Assembly: GCA_963718525.1 (NCBI GenBank)
Contig: OY970355.1
Location: 1,664,001-1,728,000 of the forward strand
Direction of reading: 5' to 3'
DNA length: 64,000 bases
DNA from: Candidatus Dormiibacterota bacterium
GTDB taxonomy: Bacteria; Chloroflexota; Dormibacteria; Aeolococcales; Aeolococcaceae
Every line of letters starts with the position of its first letter. Within the stretch, counting starts at the first letter, position 1. Below are positions 62,489 to 64,000 of the stretch, piece after piece. Made by a program: the position numbers and the translations under genes. The notes beneath the pieces are model-generated. The model did not search any database and had not been told where the DNA came from. It worked only from the letters and a program-made list of their open reading frames with translations.

Positions 62489-62833
62489 CTACCCGGGCGG
62501 CCAGGTCATGTGGCGTCCGCCGAGCAGGTGAACGTGCAGATGATCGACGGTCTGGCCGCCTTCCTTCCCGGTATTGACGATGAGCCGAAAGCCGGTTTCG
62601 TCGATACCCTCGTCCTGGGCGACGGATTGGGCGACGTGGAGCATGCGGCCCCAGAGCCCGTCCTGCGTGGGGGTCAATTCGGCCACCGACTCGATGTGCT
62701 CTCTGGGCAGCACGAGAATGTGCACCGGCGCCTGCGGATTGACGTCGCGGATGGCCAGCACCTGATCGTCCTCGCGGACGAACGTCGCCGGAATCTCGTG
62801 TGCAGCAATGGCGCAGAAGATGCAATCGTTCAT
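62489..62833 (-). CDS. HIT family nucleotide-binding protein (HinT-like)
   Basis: DCIFCAI, DVNPQAPVH and GQTVDHLHVHLLGGR motifs. Confidence 0.93.
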   Translation of the reverse strand: MNDCIFCAIAAHEIPATFVREDDQVLAIRDVNPQAPVHILVLPREHIESVAELTPTQDGLWGRMLHVAQSVAQDEGIDETGFRLIVNTGKEGGQTVDHLHVHLLGGRHMTWPPG

Positions 62834-64000
62834 GAGCGCAGCAGGGTACAGCGCAGACGGTCGCCCTCGACGGCGGTCGCGTGGACGAGGCTGAGACTTC
62901 CCTGGCGGATCCCCGGCTCTGCTTCCACGATGACCTCGTGATATCCGGCGGTCAGACCGTGCGCCACCTCGCCGTCCACCGAGTCCCACGCGACCTCGTG
63001 CACGCGCCCGCATGCGGCGGCGAGTGACCGCGCACCGGAGCGTTTGGTGGCGCGGCGCACCTCTGCGCTGCGACGCCGGGCCGAGGCATCGTCCACGCGG
63101 TCGTCGATCGCGGTCGCCGGTGTTCCGGGTCGAGGCGACCACCGAAAGACGTGACCCTGGAGAAAGCCGACCTCGTCGACCAGCGACAGGGTGTCGCTGT
63201 GGTCGTCCTCGGACTCGCCTGGGAACCCCACCATGATGTCGGTGGTGAACTCGGTTGCGGGATTCACGGTACGCAGCGCGCTTGACACCCGAAGGTACTG
63301 CGCACGTCGATAGCCGCGGTGCATCGCCCGCAGGATGCGGTCGCTGCCGCTCTGCAGGGGCATGTGCCAGTGGCAGCAGAGCCGCGGGTGCGCGTTGAGC
63401 GCCACCAGCGCCGGGGTGACGTCGTTCGCGTTGATGCTGCTGAGCCGGATGCGCGCGCGATCCCCACATGCGTCGAGCAGCGGCGCGACCAGAGTCGCGA
63501 GATCGGTCCCGATGTCGCGACCATACGAGCCCAGGTCGACGCCGCACAGCACGATCTCTCCATGGCCGGCGTCGATGGCCGCGCGGACTCGCTCGTGCAC
63601 TCTGACCGAGGGCACGCTCGACGAGATGCCACGCGCCTGCCACACGATGCAATACGTGCAGCGATGATTGCAGCCGTCCTGCACCTTGACGAATGCGCGC
63701 GAGCGCATGCGCGGGGCGTCGTGAGGTCCGCCGGCGCCGCGCGACATCGCGAGCACGTGCTCAGCGATGCTGTCCTTGTCGCGATTGGCGAAGACTGAGT
63801 CGACGGTCGTGTACGCGCCGGGGTTCGCGTCGACGCTGCATCCCGTGAGCACGAGGTGCGCGCCGGGGTCGAGACGCCTCAGCCGGCGAATGCGCTGACG
63901 CGTGGTCGCGTCGGCCTGGCCGGTGACGGTGCACGAATTGAGTACTCGGATGTCGGCGAACTCGTGCTCGGGAACTACATCGCACCCGCCCGCCGCAAGC
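62830..64000 (-). CDS. mtaB: tRNA methylthiotransferase, MtaB-like (5' end outside the window)
   Basis: NSCTVT, LTGC, KVQDGCNHRCTYC, HMPLQSGSD and TDIMVGFPGE motifs. Confidence 0.82.
   Translation of the reverse strand, partial: LAAGGCDVVPEHEFADIRVLNSCTVTGQADATTRQRIRRLRRLDPGAHLVLTGCSVDANPGAYTTVDSVFANRDKDSIAEHVLAMSRGAGGPHDAPRMRSRAFVKVQDGCNHRCTYCIVWQARGISSSVPSVRVHERVRAAIDAGHGEIVLCGVDLGSYGRDIGTDLATLVAPLLDACGDRARIRLSSINANDVTPALVALNAHPRLCCHWHMPLQSGSDRILRAMHRGYRRAQYLRVSSALRTVNPATEFTTDIMVGFPGESEDDHSDTLSLVDEVGFLQGHVFRWSPRPGTPATAIDDRVDDASARRRSAEVRRATKRSGARSLAAACGRVHEVAWDSVDGEVAHGLTAGYHEVIVEAEPGIRQGSLSLVHATAVEGDRLRCTLLRS

Overview
A high-GC bacterial chromosome segment. The short SigA-type RpoD, a perfect CIRCE element, homodimeric GlyRS and the gene order suggest Terrabacteria, possibly Chloroflexota/Ca. 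Dormibacterota-like; this is inference only. 1-11.6 kb: branched-chain amino acid cluster (ilvB-ilvN-ilvC-leuA-leuC-leuD-leuB-cimA on the minus strand, divergent ilvD). It is preceded by a Leu/Val/Ile leader-peptide attenuator and an unexplained 65-aa first ORF. 11.6-15.8 kb: a Ser/Cys hexad-repeat (beta-solenoid-like) protein, a MarR+MFS efflux pair and an ACT-domain malic enzyme. 15.8-27.5 kb: accessory small genes ending at an orphan transposon-end-like repeat array next to tRNA-Gln. 28.6-46 kb: glmU-prs-CNNM-recO-glyS, a two-component system with SDR and QueA-like genes, ppdK, an HTH/coiled-coil gene, dnaG, rpoD and tRNA-Asn. 46-56 kb: orphan ParA with a small TM partner, RadC, acyl-CoA dehydrogenase, thioredoxin/DUF4395, GT4 and an orphan ChlD/ChlI-like pair. 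56-64 kb: lepA, frameshifted hemW, CIRCE-hrcA-grpE-dnaJ (no dnaK), and convergent HIT and mtaB. Many genes have a -10 hexamer 6-8 nt before the start codon, suggesting pervasive leaderless mRNAs. I saw no CRISPR array, rRNA, integrase or transposase. Family names come from motif recognition, not database searches.
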